64,000 nucleotides of DNA from assembly GCA_025201805.1 (NCBI GenBank), contig MU619241.1, positions 11,649 through 75,648 of the forward strand, read 5' to 3'. This DNA comes from Parasitella parasitica NRRL 2501. Its lineage: Eukaryota > Fungi > Mucoromycota. Shown in pieces: positions 1-13,092 of the stretch. The notes under the pieces are model-generated. The model was not told the origin of the DNA. It did not search any database and worked only from the letters and a program-made list of their open reading frames with translations. Both the position numbers and the translations under genes were made by a program. The first letter of the stretch is position 1, and every line of letters begins with the position of its first letter.

Positions 1-877
1 TACAGAGGGTGTGCTATGAATCTAATTAATGTCCCCACTAATTGTCACTTGCCCTTTGAGTCAAGGACAAATCAGCTCGACTCATTAGAATTGTGCTAGA
101 AACCTTAGTTATTTAGGAGCTAATCTTAGTGATGCTACTGACTCGACAAATTTCAACAACTGTATCCAAATCAAAGCCGTTACAGCAACAAGTTGGCGTA
201 TAGAATGCTATTTCCAATTAGCTTTGTGCCAAGTGGGCCAGCCCGCTGCAGACACGAGCTGTCCACCCCCTCAATGGAATAAAGGTCATTTTTCATCGTA
301 GTTCGGGAGGTCGAGATAGCTCCTATAAGCGTATACAAACTGTACATTTCAAGGCTTTTACTGGATAGCTTATCTGTCAAAAGATCACGTAATATAGACG
401 GCGAGCTGCCGAGCGTTTGTTTACCTATTAATTGGATGTAGAATTAAAAGCGTTTAATATTACATTATACAATATATAATTATATCAGACTTTTTACCAT
501 GTAAAGAATTTAATACATCTTACTCTGATCAATGTAAGATTAAACACGAATAAGAAGCATCATTATTTGGTTTACATGTAATTGAGTAAAGCAATATTGA
601 AGGTATTTTACTTATTAAGAGGATTGGCACAGTGAATCTAGTACCATTTCGTATTTTCCATATACTTATAAGCGTATTTATCGTAATGCAGAAACTATCA
701 TAACCGTGTACGGTTGTTCAGAGTATATAGCATATTAGCAGCTATCTAATCAATGCAATTGTCAGACTACACAAAATTTTAGGCTTTATATGAGCATGCT
801 AAGCACTCAATATTATGTCCTCTACAGTTGAACCAATAATAAAACCAACTTCATTGATAAAACGGTATATATTTGTT

Positions 878-2844
878 TTATTTTAAATGACTAGGTGCAT
901 TATGAAATAAAGTCTTCCACATGTATGCCTCTGACAGTAGTAACTCAACATCCTTTTCTTGCCAGCCTTGTGTAGGCAATTGTTGCAAAAAAATCATTAC
1001 ACCTTGGAAGTCTAATTTTTGCAATTGGTTTGACCATTTGACTAGAAATGCTGCACAGACATAAACATGGAATTCAGAAAATCCTTCAGACGAACCCTCT
1101 GCCAAATAAGTATCCCACATACGAATCGTACTGCCAAGTGGTAGCTCACGCATCAACAAGCAGTTCATCCATCTAAAAGCAAATTGAATAAACTCAATAC
1201 CTTCGTTTTGCAAATGCTGAGCTAAGCGAGCTGTAACAATGTAGTGTTAGTCAGAATCCAAAGACGAAAACCCGCTGTTTTTACCATCAATTCGAGTAAC
1301 TAGTTCTTTCAGTGTCGCTATTTGTCTCTGGATGCCTGGTTGTGCAAACGTGTAATTGTCTTGGATACCATCTAGCAGCTTCGATAAACACCAGAAACTA
1401 TCTGCTTCAATCACACCCAATATTTCCTTATCCAGTTTTCCAACATCATACTGCTCAGGATCCTCATCAATGTAAGCAGATAAAAATACTTCAAAAATAG
1501 GCGTGACCAAATCATTAATTCCTTGTACATAGCCACTCGCTGGATGTCTGATTGCCCATTGATACAAGATTCTTTCCAGACACTAATTTTAAAGTAAGTA
1601 TATAACACGCAAGGCTGATCATATTTATCAATACCAGCTGTGTCGCTTCATACTGATACAAAGGAATACCAGGATTTGTTCTAGGTATATCGATATGTAT
1701 TTGGTGCCATAATGCTTGATCTAACCCTGCAACTCCTCGAGCATATGTTGCTGTTACACTGTCTGAGTATTCTTTTCTTTTGCGGGCAAGTGTGATTTCT
1801 CTTCTTGCTGAATTGCAAGGTAGATACCCAAGCAGCAATTGCCAGGCCATCATTCTCAATTCTTCGGGTATACCACTCCAGCTTAATGATCTCAATGACA
1901 CTAAAGGATACTGATCAGACATTTACTACAAGAATCATAGAATATCTTTACCCAAGTCCACATTAGATACAGACAGTACTTCCTTAAACTTTCTTGATCT
2001 CAAAGGATCTCTGACATCCTTGACATCAGTCCATTTCAAAAATCGTGTAGGGTCTATAGATTTGAATTATGCATTGTACATTTTCTCACGATAATACGTA
2101 TGCTTGCCTAGCAGTATATCTTTGACATGGTCTTTGATTCCATTGGGATTTGTGGATTTTTTCTTTCTTGGAGGTTGAGGTTGAGGTGGAGGATTAGCAG
2201 AAGTTGTGGCCGTTAGTAGCACAGCTTCCACAGCCTTGGAAGCTTTTGCCAACTTCTCATCGTCACTTGAGCGGCCTGGAGTTTCTCTAATTGAGTGTTT
2301 TCCTGGTTCATGTATATCGTCACTCCATTCATCATTTGTGTCTTTTAAAAACGCGTTGAAGGATTTCTGTGTTGAAGTGCTTCTTGCATGATTCTTCTTT
2401 TTAGAGTGTGTATCAAAGGATTTATTCGTAATTTGTTGCTGGTTTTGAGATGATGCTTGACTATTTATTGCTGGATATTGGGAGGGCAACATGACAGGTT
2501 TTAGCGATGCATCGTGAAAGGTGACCAAGCTATTGTATGTGTACCGTGCGCCTATAACTTCTCTTTTGCTGGAGCTATTGTCTTGTGGTATGGTTGAGAA
2601 GCTAGGAACAACACTGATACTAAGTATTTCATTATTAGTATGATTCTATTCTCTTTTTATCGTAGCAAAGACACTCTACCTTCCTGGAAGTTTGAGTCCT
2701 CGTCTTTTCCAAAACGACCTGTTTGGACAAGTTAATAGATAATATCATTAATATCCTTTAGCCTTTATTTACTTTTGAGACTCTATGTAGAATAAAATTA
2801 GCCAGCATAGCTTAATTCATGGTGCTCGACTTACGTTGCTCCAT
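878..2844 (-). CDS. GYP1: TBC-domain Rab GTPase-activating protein (Gyp1/TBC1D22 family), 8 exons
   Basis: TBC motifs WSGIPEELRMMAWQLLLGYLP, QIHIDIPRTNP, SGYVQGINDL, IEADSFWCLSKLLDGIQDNY and FAFRWMNCLLMRE lie in successive ORFs. The spliced N-terminus MEQQSQKSFWKRRGLKLPGS (ATG 2844, two 10-nt exons) matches the FWKR..KLPGS start of TBC1D22. Confidence 0.93.
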
Positions 2845-3959
2845 ATTTCAAAAAGTAAGAAAAAAGAGGGGTGAAAAGAGCTAACTATAAATCATGTTTA
2901 CAAAACCCGATTTCACCATGCAAAAATGGCTCTTCCAATAATGGTCGATTTAACTGCAACATCTAAAATGATACAGATTTGAGACCAAGCCTGTCAAGAT
3001 TGTGGCTACGAGTTCATTATCTTGGTAGCTTTGATTTAAAGCCGTTATCTTCTTGCTTAACCATTTCCTCAGGTGACTAAGTCTGATTCACAAGAACAGA
3101 GCTAATGATAGGCTTTTTCTCCTTTCCTTACGATGTCTTTCCAAATTTTGATCTCCATGATGTGGTAACTAACCTTCGTTAATAACAAATCGTACAACAT
3201 CTGACAATCTGCTAATAAAAACGAAGCATTCTATGGTTTGCGCTTCAGGGATAGAACTATTACTTGCTCAACAGTCGATAATTTTATAACGCATGGTATT
3301 GTCTTAGATGAGGCATCTGCTATTGCATCATCATATAAAGCTGGTTGCTTAAAGTATGTTGGTCCTGGAGAAACATCAGTTATTAATAATAAAAAACTCA
3401 ATGAAGACATTTCTGTAAGAGAAGGAGCCGAAGATCTCTTGGGAAGTGCTGTGCAGTTTGATTCAGATAAAGACATGCAGAATGATTTAATTACTAGCAA
3501 AGTTCGAATAGAGGAGAGGTGTTCGTTGATGGCCGAATCTATTATGGTAATTATCAATATATATAAGATCAAGACTAATCATGTATGATTTCAAGAAATG
3601 AATCAAGATTGGATAATATATTTTTTTTTCTGCCCATCCAGCATTTTCACCAAATACTTTAACAGATTTAAAATGCATGCATTGTCAGTAATAAGAGCAA
3701 ATTGATAATTCAAGTACTTGATGTTCCAATTCAACAAAGTATAGTAAAGAAATGGGAGGGGGGGGGAATATACCTCTGTTTTTATGACGAAATTCAGTGA
3801 AAACAATTCTGCCCATCTTGGTATACTTGGGTAATGAGAGGCCAAAATTAAAAATAAAGCGTCTAAAAAATACACAGTTTAAGAATTGTCAGCTCTCTAA
3901 AAGTATACTAGCCAAAGGCTATATTTCCATTCTTTTAAGTTGACATTTACAATGTGTGG

Positions 3960-4870
3960 CTAAAATTTTCAAAATTTACAAAAATAGAAGAAGCGTACCA
4001 TAGACAATGGAAGAAAAGCAGTTGTCCAACTACCAAAAGTTGAAGAAGGTTTATGGTCTTATGGACGTAAGCAATAATATTTCACTTTGATTGCATCAGC
4101 TGTATCTTGATCGAAATATGTGAAAAGCTCGATTCATTGGATATGTCCACAATGAAGTTCTGAGATAGACAATAAAAAATGACAACCATCTAAAAACCCA
4201 TGGATTCAAGCCTTGAATAACATGTACCCAAAATAAACATTTATATTTTCACGGAGATTGTCGTTTGGAGACATCTACGACCATGCGACATGTTGTCATT
4301 ACTTTTGCTGGTTTGGTTGATTCTACTACAGCGGTCGTTCTTGATGTGGCTAAAAGTTAATTATAATCAGTAATGTAATTAGATTTTGGTTTGTAATACC
4401 CAACTTTCATATTACCTGTATTACTTTCTTGTGAAATTTTAAAATCTTTCAAGGAGCATTGGGCCCCTTTATTTGAGCATCCTTCACAATCCAAATTAGC
4501 ATTAAAGCCTACCTCGTCTATTAAAATACAGCTTTTATACAGCATACGATGAGATTTTCCCTCTTCGGTAGAGCTGTATATTCGTTTCTTCTATCGTTTT
4601 TTGAGTAAATCTAGGAAATATTCAACTTGGAGACAGTAAAATGCCTCTCATGGAAAGCGCTGTATAGAATAGCTTTATGACATTGTAATTTGGATACATT
4701 GAAGGGTGTTTTGATGTTCGCGCACATGGTGAGTATTGATAAATTGAATATCTTTAGGCAGATCACATCAATTATCAGCAATAGCATGACAAATGCTTTC
4801 TCCCACAATGGACGGTCTTTCAATCAATTATGTGATTTTCCAGAATTGAGGATGACTAAAAGCAAATATA
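3960..4870 (-). mobile_element. Decayed Tc1/IS630-like (DDE_3) transposase remnant
   Basis: Fragment CILIDEVGFNANL (about 4490-4530) resembles the first catalytic-Asp motif (FIDEAGFN) of these transposases. The surrounding frames are broken by stops and frameshifts, so the boundaries are approximate. Confidence 0.55.
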
Positions 4871-4939
4871 AATAATTGCGCTTACTTTTTGAACTTGTCT
4901 TTTTTTTTTTTCCTTACACTGTTCTTTTTCAAAAGAAAA

Positions 4940-7900
4940 ATGGCTTCAAATAACAAGCAAGCCAAGAGACGTCTTAAACAACTTGGGGCCACTTTGAACC
5001 CGTCTAAAGCAGGATGGTCAGATTCTGAGGACGAAGAACTCAGTCATGAAGGTAGATGCACACATTTCTTGTGTAAAATATGCGTGTATATATATTCATT
5101 GCAAACTAGTTGGCATCAAATCTGTACGTATCGGCGACGTTGTGATGCAAGTCTACCCTGCTGAAAATCCAGAATTGGTTCCTGAAATTCAAGGTGCCTT
5201 CTACGAAGGGGCTCAGGTAGGGTTATTTTACGGTTGGATGATGCCACAGTGCTGCTTATTTACATTTGTGCTCAGGATATGCTGAGACATCTGCGATGGA
5301 TCATGCAGAAAGACAAGGTACGCAGTTTTGATTGTGAACAAGATTACTGAATGTTAATTCGGTTGTGAATAGCTTGGTCAAGACATCTTCTTATTGGGCC
5401 CTCCTGGGCCTTTGCGTCGTAATCTCATCATGAAATACGCAGAAATGACTCAACGAGAGTAAGCAAAACAAGAAGCATTAATAATGGGGGAGGTGGGGGA
5501 GGTGGCGGGTAGCATCCAAATTATTCAATTGTTTTTCCTTTTTAGGATTGAATATGTTGCACTATCAAAGGATGTGACAGATGCGGATTTGAAACAACGA
5601 AGAGAGCTGCACAACGGCACTTCATTCTACGTAGATCAGGCAGCTGTCAGGGCTGCAATTCATGGCAGAATTTTGGTCTTGGACGGCATTGAGAAAGCAG
5701 AGAGAAACGTATTGCCAATTTTGAACAATTTGCTGGAAAATCGAGAAATGTCTTTGGATGATGGACGGTTCTTGACAACTAAAGACGTCAAGGACACGGC
5801 GGATACAAAGTTCGAAAAAGTGAGTCCACGATTCTTGGTGTTTGCATTAGGTTGGTTACTTGCACGGCTATTTTGTTGCTGAAAATACAAGTGTTTCTAA
5901 CACGCTATACGCTTTGAACATTAAGGTTTACCTGTACCACCGTATGTCGGATATCCTTTGGATCCGCCGCTTCGTTCCCGATTTCAAAGCAGAGATGTCA
6001 AGTCGCCTGAATTCAAGTCGCAAGTGGACCAAATGCTTAGTCTAATAACCAATAAAAACATATCGAGAGACCTGATTGAAAGATTGATTTCCATCAGCAT
6101 GGTGCTGGGCGTCCAGAACCAAAAAAACAGTAACCGCGAGATTGAAGTCCCCGAATTCCCCATGACAATTGAAAGCCTGGCGCATCTACTATCCCTGGTT
6201 CCCAACATCCACCCCAGATTCCTGGTCGATATTTTGTATCCATACGCATTACTGCCAACATGCGATTTGGAGCAGTTGAGTGTCATTGAAGCTGCATTCA
6301 GAAGATTTGGCGTCAAGTCCGCTGTGGTCGAAGCTCACATGGAGGCTCGCCAAACCCCTTCTGGCTATTCTATCGCCAATATTGATCCAATCAAAAGTCA
6401 GGACAACATTTCTATCGATGGATATCATTACACGCACAAAGCAATTGCATCGTTTGCCTCAGACCAGTTTGGAGCTGTTGGCTTGCCAATTCAATGTGGC
6501 CCTTCTCCTTTCAGCCCTGCCGAGTACTTTATTGAGACGCCCTACCATCGAGAAATCTTCTCTGCCATGGTCTTGCTTCATGCCGGTGGAAAGGATATTT
6601 GCCTGGTGGGCACTCATAAAGGTGTTGGCAAGTCTGCTCTAGTAAGACACTTTGCGCGTAATTTGGGGTATACCATCGACTACATTCCTTTGTATCGCGA
6701 CATGTCTTCTCGCGATTTGCTCCAGCGCAGATCTACAACTGCCAAGGGTGATACTGTGTGGGAAAACTCGTTGCTTGTAGAAGCTGCTATTCATGGGCAT
6801 CTTGCGGTTTTGGATGGCATCGAGGCTTTGTCTTATGGAACCTTGAATACGCTCCAGCGTCTATGTTCTGATCGTGAAACACAGCTCCCCGATGGCACTC
6901 GATTGATCAGTAGCCATCGCTATGCCAGACTGATGCGCAAGCAATCGCCTGATACATTAGAAGCCAAACGCCTAATCCCTATCCACCCTTCATTCCGCAT
7001 CATGGCATTGGCTAGAGCTGGCACAAGCGGCCAAACTGACACCAAAGCTGGATCTTGGCTTACCGCAGAAATACTGTCCATGTTCCACTTTATTGTTGTT
7101 GATTCGCTGCCATCGCATGAGGAACAGCAAGTGCTTGGAGCTCTGTCACCGGGCGTAGACGAAGGCAAGCTGAGACAGCTGCTTACATTTGCAAGAAGAC
7201 TTCGCAGAGATAAGGATGACACTATTCGCATCCTGTCAAGTGCTTTGTCCACTCGTCAATTGATTCGTATCTGCCGTCGCCTGGCTTACTTTGAAAATGA
7301 AAGTTTGTATGTCGCTATTCACAAGGCAGCCTTATCTCGCTTTATGCCTACTGTAGCCCGCGAGGCACTTTCTGCTCTTATGATTGCTAATGGAATTTAT
7401 CCACCAAAGAAAGATCCCAGCTCCCCCGAGCTCGTAATCCAAGTCCTGCCATCCAGAGACGCTCCAGAACAAATCCGCATCGGCAATGTCACTGAGCCTG
7501 TCTTCAAGGGCGGCAATCCCATGTTGATCCCTAAAGTTGTGTTCCATGAAAATCCTGCGCACAACGAAATCTTGAAAGAAATGCTCAAAGACTACCAGCT
7601 GGGTGACCATTTGCTTCTCATCGGTAACCAAGGCGTTGGTAAGAACAAGCTGGCTGATTACTTTTTGCAATTGCTGCAACTGCCTCGTGAATACATTCAG
7701 CTGCATCGTGACAGCACTGTGCAAAGCTTGACCACGACCCCAGCAATTGCCAATGGTGTGTTGACCTACGAGGATTCGGCTCTTGTCAAGGCAGTGCGTG
7801 ATGGCACCATCTTGGTTGTAGATGAGGCTGACAAAGCTCCAACTTATGTAACTGCGGTGCTAAAGAGTTTGGTTGAAGATGGCCAAATGGTGCTGGGCGA

Positions 7901-10900
7901 TGGGCGTCGCATCATCTCAAAGGAATCGGACGTCCAAGATGGCCAAAATTACATCATGGTGCATCCCAATTTCCGCATGCTTGTATTAGCTAACCGTCCT
8001 GGCTACCCGTTCCTGGGCAATGATTTCTACCGCGAGATTGGCGATGTCTTTAGTTGCCATGCCGTTGACAATCCGGACATGGTGTCTGAAATGTACTTGT
8101 TGCGCAGATACGGCCCTCAGGTGTCTGAAGACCTGCTGGCCAAGCTGTCGAGTGCATTTACTGATTTGCGCAAGCTAACAGATGAAGGTCTTATCTCCTA
8201 TCCTTACTCTACTCGTGAGCTGGTCAACATTGTGCTGCATTTGCAAAAGTACCCCGAGGAAGGCATTTCCAAGATCCTGCAAAACGTGTTTGATTTTGAC
8301 CAGTACGATCAAGCCTCCAAGGAGCTGGTCATTGAGATCTTTGAAAAGCATGGTATTCCCGTAGGCCTGGAGTCTGATTTCTCTATGCATTTAGGTGATG
8401 TTTTATCGCTGAACAATCCGCTGCTGTCTGAGCAGTGGACTCGTGTTCCGTCTGCTACCAAGCACTTTGCTACGCAGGTTCAAACAGAGCCTATTGCTGT
8501 TCGTGGTGGTTGGGACATTGATGTCGGCAAAAAGTGGAGAGATCTTGAGCGCAAGGAAGGAAGATCTACAATATTTTCTGAGCAGCTGTACACGTTTGAT
8601 ATCCCCACCCGCGGCGAGGCACTTGATATTGCTGCCATTGACGACGGCACCTTGTTTGTTGTCACCACCAATCCAGTGACGCTGCATCGCATTGACCCCA
8701 ATCATAAGCGTTTGGACAGTTTGGACCTGTACGAGTACTTTCCTCTGCAAAGAGCTCCTCCTAGACTTCGTATCTCTGTCATCCGCACCAGTACAGGTAC
8801 TGTAAAATACCTTGCTCTGCACAATCCTTCAAACAACGAACTGCTCTGCTGCGATTTCAACAAAAAATCTGTCGTATCGGTTGTAATCCGTGGTTTGGAG
8901 CCTGTTAAATCCATCATGTGTAACAACTTGAGCTCTACTGGCATTTTGGTATTCTATCAAGAAGATCAGCCCACAATTGCTGTACTCGACTTTAATACTT
9001 CTCAGCAGCACTCATTAATATTTCCTCAACGTATCAGTCAGCTTTACGTTGTTGAGCCCAACTTTTGGATTGCTCGTGGCAGCCGAAATGCCAATATTTA
9101 CGCTATTACTCCCGAAAAGCAAGGCGGCCTTCCTAACCTTATGGAGTCAATCCAGGCTTTGGGTCAAAATGGCCAGCCTGTCGGTGAATTGGCTCACATT
9201 TACGAAACAGATTTTGCTCCCGGTGCGAAATTTGCACAAAATGCTGACACCAACAAGTTTGCTTCCATTCTCGAAGGTTGCTCCTATGCTGAATTCTTTG
9301 GTGGTCGTGGCGTAATTGACATTTCTTCTTATATCAAGCAGCAACAGAGCAATTCCGATCAGGACGCTGGGAAGGTCAAGGGATCTTCCTTGTACCTGCA
9401 GCACACCCAGCAATTAGCGATCATTCAACCACCCACTAATGGTCGTGCTGAAAGCTCCATAGATCTTTTGAACCCCAACACAAATCAGATCTGGCGCATC
9501 AAAACACCTTTATCGATCATTGGTTCCATGGAAGCGCCTATTCCTACCTACAACCAGTTCCAAGTAGAGAGGTTTGCAGCCACCATGTGTGAGTTACCCA
9601 ACGGCAATTTGGTTACAATGGACAATGCTGGTACAGTTCGAATCTGGCAAGTGAGTTCCAATGACCTTTACAAGGCTGCTCAAACATGGAAACAGATGGT
9701 CGGCGTTGATCAAAAGATACTGTCTGTCATTTACGAGACGGATGAGACACAGCTGGATGATCTTTATAAAGAGGCCGGAAACCAAGATAACGCTGATGCG
9801 CAATGTAAAAATGACGGCCAGGGGCAAGGCTCTGGAGGTACGTCTGGCGTAGGCGAAGGCGATGGTGGTTCTGGCTCTGGAGGCGAAGGCGGAGGAGGCG
9901 TTAATGGTTCTGGTAACAACATGAACGAAGATGGTCGTAAAGAAGCTACTTTTGAAGACATCAACAACCTGAAACTCGTATGTATATTTCTGACCGCTCT
10001 TGCGTGTTTGACTGACCTGTTTTGTAGAAAACTGCTGGCGATGAGCCTGAGGCAATTACTAGAGCGCAAAAGTAAGTTGGGACACATGCAGTGTGACATC
10101 CACGTATTGATACAGTGTGCTTTAGAGAAATGCACGACCAGGCTATGGAGAAAATGCTGAAAAAACTTGACATGACCCAATCTGATTTCCAGGTATGCTA
10201 TATACGCGATTGTGGAATGATCTATCATATACTGACACCGTCGTTTGCGATATAAAGCAATACAATAAATTCATGGAAAACATTAGACGCGAAGTTCGCG
10301 AACTGCGAGTTATTCTAGAGAGCGTCGAAGCAAAGAAACACGAGAGGGTTTGGCTCAAAAATCAATCTTCGGGCGATCTGGATGACACCAAGATGTAAGT
10401 TACAGTCTGCAGACAAAGGATTACCATGTACTCACATATAGATCTAGCATTGAAGGTCTTACGGGTGAAAGAGCCATCTACAAGAAGCGTGGTGAAGATG
10501 ACCCTGAGCTTGGTCTGTTCCAAGACAAGCCAAAGAGAATGAACTTTGTCTTTGACCTGTCCGCTAGCATGTTCCGTTTCAATACGCATGATCGCCGTTT
10601 GGAGCGCTCGATGGAAGTGGCATTGATGTTGATGGAGTCATTCCGTGGTTTTGAGCATAAATTCGCATACAAGATTGTCGGGCATAGTGGCGATGGGGCC
10701 AACATTGAGTTTGTGAGCCCTGGCAAGTACCCCAAGACGGAGAAAGAGGAATTTGAGGTGATCAGTAAGATGAAGGCCCATTCACAATACTGTCTCAGTG
10801 GCGACAATACGCTTGGCGCAGCATCGCATTCTATGAAGGAGGTTGTACAAGAAGAATCGGATGATTATTTCGTCGTAGTCTTGTCTGATGCCAATATTGC

Positions 10901-11168
10901 ACAATACAACATTCACCCTAACGACATTGCCAGGATTTTGAAATCGGACGATCGTGTTACTGCGCAGATGATTTTCATTGGCAGCATTCAAGATCAAGCA
11001 GAACAGTAAGCATCGTGTAATCATCATCTATTCGTATACACTAATTCATTATTATTTTTTTACAGACTCAAAAAGGCGTTAGGAAGCCATGCCCACATAT
11101 GCACAGAGAACAAGGAACTTCCCAAGATTATCAAATCACTTTTCTTGTCATCCATGGTTAAAGGATAA
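4940..11168 (+). CDS. VWA8: VWA8-like protein: three dynein-related AAA_5 modules and a C-terminal VWA domain, about 11 exons
   Basis: VWA8-type motifs include HLRWIMQKD, DIFLIGPPGPLRR, ILVLDGIEKAERNVLPILNNLLENREM, GYPLDPPLRSRFQ, LLLIGNQGVGKNK, VVDEADKAP, YPYSTRELVNIV and WLKNQSSGDLDDTK. The MIDAS motif is FDLSASM. GT-AG introns restore the frame. Confidence 0.92.
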
Positions 11169-11997
11169 ATCAATCTATAGAATTATTTAAATAAACATAT
11201 TATTTCCCCCTGAACCCTGAGCAACGAGGAATTGACAGCAGATTATATATATCAATATATACGTGCAGTACACATCTTTGTATGACACGACCCAAGGGCC
11301 ACGCATTCACCTATACACGGTTGATCCCAGCAGTACTGGTCATATTTTGGCACCGCTTGCCGTCGTTTCTATTGTCAGCTGTATATAGTATCTCTGTCAA
11401 TTAAGTAATTGTGTGATACTCGAGTCGATGATTCTTTCCATGCAGCTTAAACATACAAATATTTCATTAAACAACATGGTTCGTCCTACAGCAAACATCA
11501 AAATTGATGGCTGATTCCACATTGATAAAAATAAAAAAAAAGGGCTTCGTATTTTGATCGAATGATGTGTTCTAGAACTATAGTACCATTATTGATTTAT
11601 TTCGTTACTATTACTACTACTAATACGATATAAACATATTTATATATGTATAAAGGAAAGGTTTTCTTTTTGTTTTGTTTTTTTTCTCTTGATAAAGGAA
11701 GGCTCGCATAATAAAGAAAAAAAAAGGGGGAGGGGGATAATTTAACAAAGGCAAAGAGTTACACAGAGAAGGGAAAAAGGGGTGTTTAATTTACAAGTTT
11801 GTTGCTGTTGTGATTGTTGTTATTGTTGTATATGGAAAGAACGAAAAAGTTACAAGAAAATGAATTTCATAAATGGAAAAAAAAAGGAAGGATGTGGTAT
11901 TGTAAATACTGTAATGGATAAATGTTGGCATGGTGTATATATATAAAAAAAATAAAAAATAAAAATAAAAATATAATCATAAGAAAGGGCAGTGCAA

Positions 11998-12843
11998 TTA
12001 TCCAAATGTGCTGACAATGTTGGCTAAATGCAAAAGACTTGAAAGCGACTTTTGTGAATTGGGAGCCCACTCATGATTCTGCTGTTGTTTTTCTGGCTGT
12101 TGCTGAGGCTGTTGGTATTGAGTGTGATGGTAAGGCTTGTATTGCTGAAGATGATGGTGAGGATGATGCTGCTGGTAGTAGTGAGTTGGTGGTGGCAATG
12201 TATGAGCATGATCAAAATAGTACATGGAAGGAGGTGGAGAGCAAGACGATGCAGAAGAAGACAAAGATGAGCAGCTAGAAGATGTCGAGAGAGCACGACG
12301 AGGTCTGTTTACTACTGGCTTTTGCTGGTCGACCATCATCATCGACAAATTGGCTGGCGGATAGGGCAGGCTAGGCATAGTAACAGATCTTCTAGGTCTT
12401 GTCATCAGGGGTTGGAAGGACATGTGATCTTCTGCACCGTGGAGTGAGTGGCAATACAGCTGAGGTGATTCCGTCTTCTTGTCCTGCTGCTGCTGCTGAC
12501 GAAGGTGCTGGCGGCGCAATTTTTGAGAGAGATGCGTGCGATAGTGCTGCATCATGTTGTCTTGGCGAGAGAATCGACTGGGACAGCCAGGATGCAGACA
12601 ATGAAAATTCTTTTCACCAGTGTGGATGCGGTTGTGTCTGGCTAAATGGCCACTGGTGGTGAAGCTTTTGTTGCATCCAGGCTCAGTGCAGTGATATTTT
12701 CTTTTGGGTTGGACAGGCAATGTCATTGCCGTTGTTAATTTGGTTACTTTGAATGATACTTCTGACTGAGTACAGGATGGCGATTCGTTTAAAAGACTGA
12801 ATGTTTTGCCGCTGGCATTTTTGATTGATAAAGTTGAATCCAT
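11998..12843 (-). CDS. NRG1: Two-finger C2H2 transcription factor of the Nrg1 type (single exon; may be one of several paralogs)
   Basis: CTEPGCNKSFTTSGHLARHNRIHTGEKNFHCLHPGCPSRFSRQDNMMQHYRTH is the Nrg1/Nrg2 finger signature, followed by a Q/H/S-rich tail. Confidence 0.85.
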   Translation of the reverse strand: MDSTLSIKNASGKTFSLLNESPSCTQSEVSFKVTKLTTAMTLPVQPKRKYHCTEPGCNKSFTTSGHLARHNRIHTGEKNFHCLHPGCPSRFSRQDNMMQHYRTHLSQKLRRQHLRQQQQQDKKTESPQLYCHSLHGAEDHMSFQPLMTRPRRSVTMPSLPYPPANLSMMMVDQQKPVVNRPRRALSTSSSCSSLSSSASSCSPPPSMYYFDHAHTLPPPTHYYQQHHPHHHLQQYKPYHHTQYQQPQQQPEKQQQNHEWAPNSQKSLSSLLHLANIVSTFG

Positions 12844-13052
12844 GATTGAGAGAAAAGAGTTTGTTAAAGAAGAAAGTAAAAAGGGTAAAAAAAAGCGCTA
12901 GAGAGCAACTATATTTATACTTGAATCAAGGTGGCTCAACGTTAGTTTAAAATTTGATTGTGTATATTTTTACGCACTGATTAAAAAACAACGTGGGCCT
13001 GGATTTCTTTTTGCTTATGATGCACAAGTAAAAAGTTGTTCGCCCTGCATGA

Positions 13053-13053
<1 letters not shown>

Positions 13054-13090
<37 letters not shown>
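13054..13090. repeat. Poly(dA) tract upstream of the Nrg1-like gene
   Basis: About 37 consecutive A. Similar tracts occur at 14526-14551 (T) and 59315-59343 (A). Confidence 0.9.

Positions 13091-13092
<2 letters not shown>

Noticed and set aside
1903-1911. GTATCCTTT on the minus strand (and ATATCCTTT at 5951), resembling U12-type 5' splice sites
   Set aside because: The first lies at the 3' end of an ordinary GT-AG intron. The second is coding sequence (GYPL of VWA8).
5984-10807. Numerous 60-150 aa antisense and alternate-frame ORFs inside VWA8 (likewise RAX2, TOM1, APL3)
   Set aside because: They are shadow ORFs expected from codon bias in long, GC-richer exons and carry no independent motifs.
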